Below, piece by piece: positions 63,793 to 64,000 of a DNA stretch of 64,000 nucleotides. The DNA comes from Octopus bimaculoides. Lineage: Eukaryota. The notes under the pieces are model-generated. The model saw only the letters and a program-made list of their open reading frames with translations, was not told the DNA's origin and searched no databases. The translations under genes were made by a program, and so were the position numbers. Within the stretch, counting starts at the first letter, position 1. Each line of letters begins with the position of its first letter. The DNA lies in assembly GCF_001194135.2 (NCBI RefSeq), contig NC_068984.1:60816809-60880808 (forward strand), given 5' to 3'.

Positions 63793-64000
63793 ATAGAGTA
63801 ATTACATCTCAGACATAAAAGTAGCTTTGCAGGCGACACACATTGTAAGAGATTGCATAATCATTTAAATATCATTTACATACCTCACACAAATACACAA
63901 ACAAGTAGTGGCCAATTGCGTGTGTGTATGTCTGTGTGTGTGTGTATATTCATAGACATGCATGTAAGCATATATGTATATATGCATATATGTATATATA

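Overview
AT-rich, microsatellite-saturated eukaryotic scaffold with many N-gaps. The SINE complement and repeat density suggest an octopus (coleoid cephalopod) genome; this is an inference from remembered repeat families, not from a search. No host protein-coding gene can be supported with confidence, and nearly all ORFs in the track are microsatellite or gap artefacts. The window is a layered transposon landscape: at least five tRNA-derived SINE families (one with a CORE domain), a Helitron PIF1-helicase remnant split by a solo LTR, a second solo LTR, a Tigger/pogo transposase relic, hAT and Tc1/mariner MITEs, RTE fragments, R4/Dong-type 3' ends in (AAT)n, a Penelope GIY-YIG fragment, and a young 5'-truncated Tx1/L1-type element inside a (TATC)n tract. 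The most striking signal is a set of minimal Penelope-type hammerhead ribozyme (HHR) motifs. Two unrelated ~250-bp foldback elements (30691-30954, 56424-56676) each carry an HHR core in both arms, one per strand, reading outward from the centre. A third nested inverted-repeat locus (51383-51882) has a well-formed HHR at the tip of a long rod, and further solitary or decayed copies occur. Ribozyme activity and novelty are untested.
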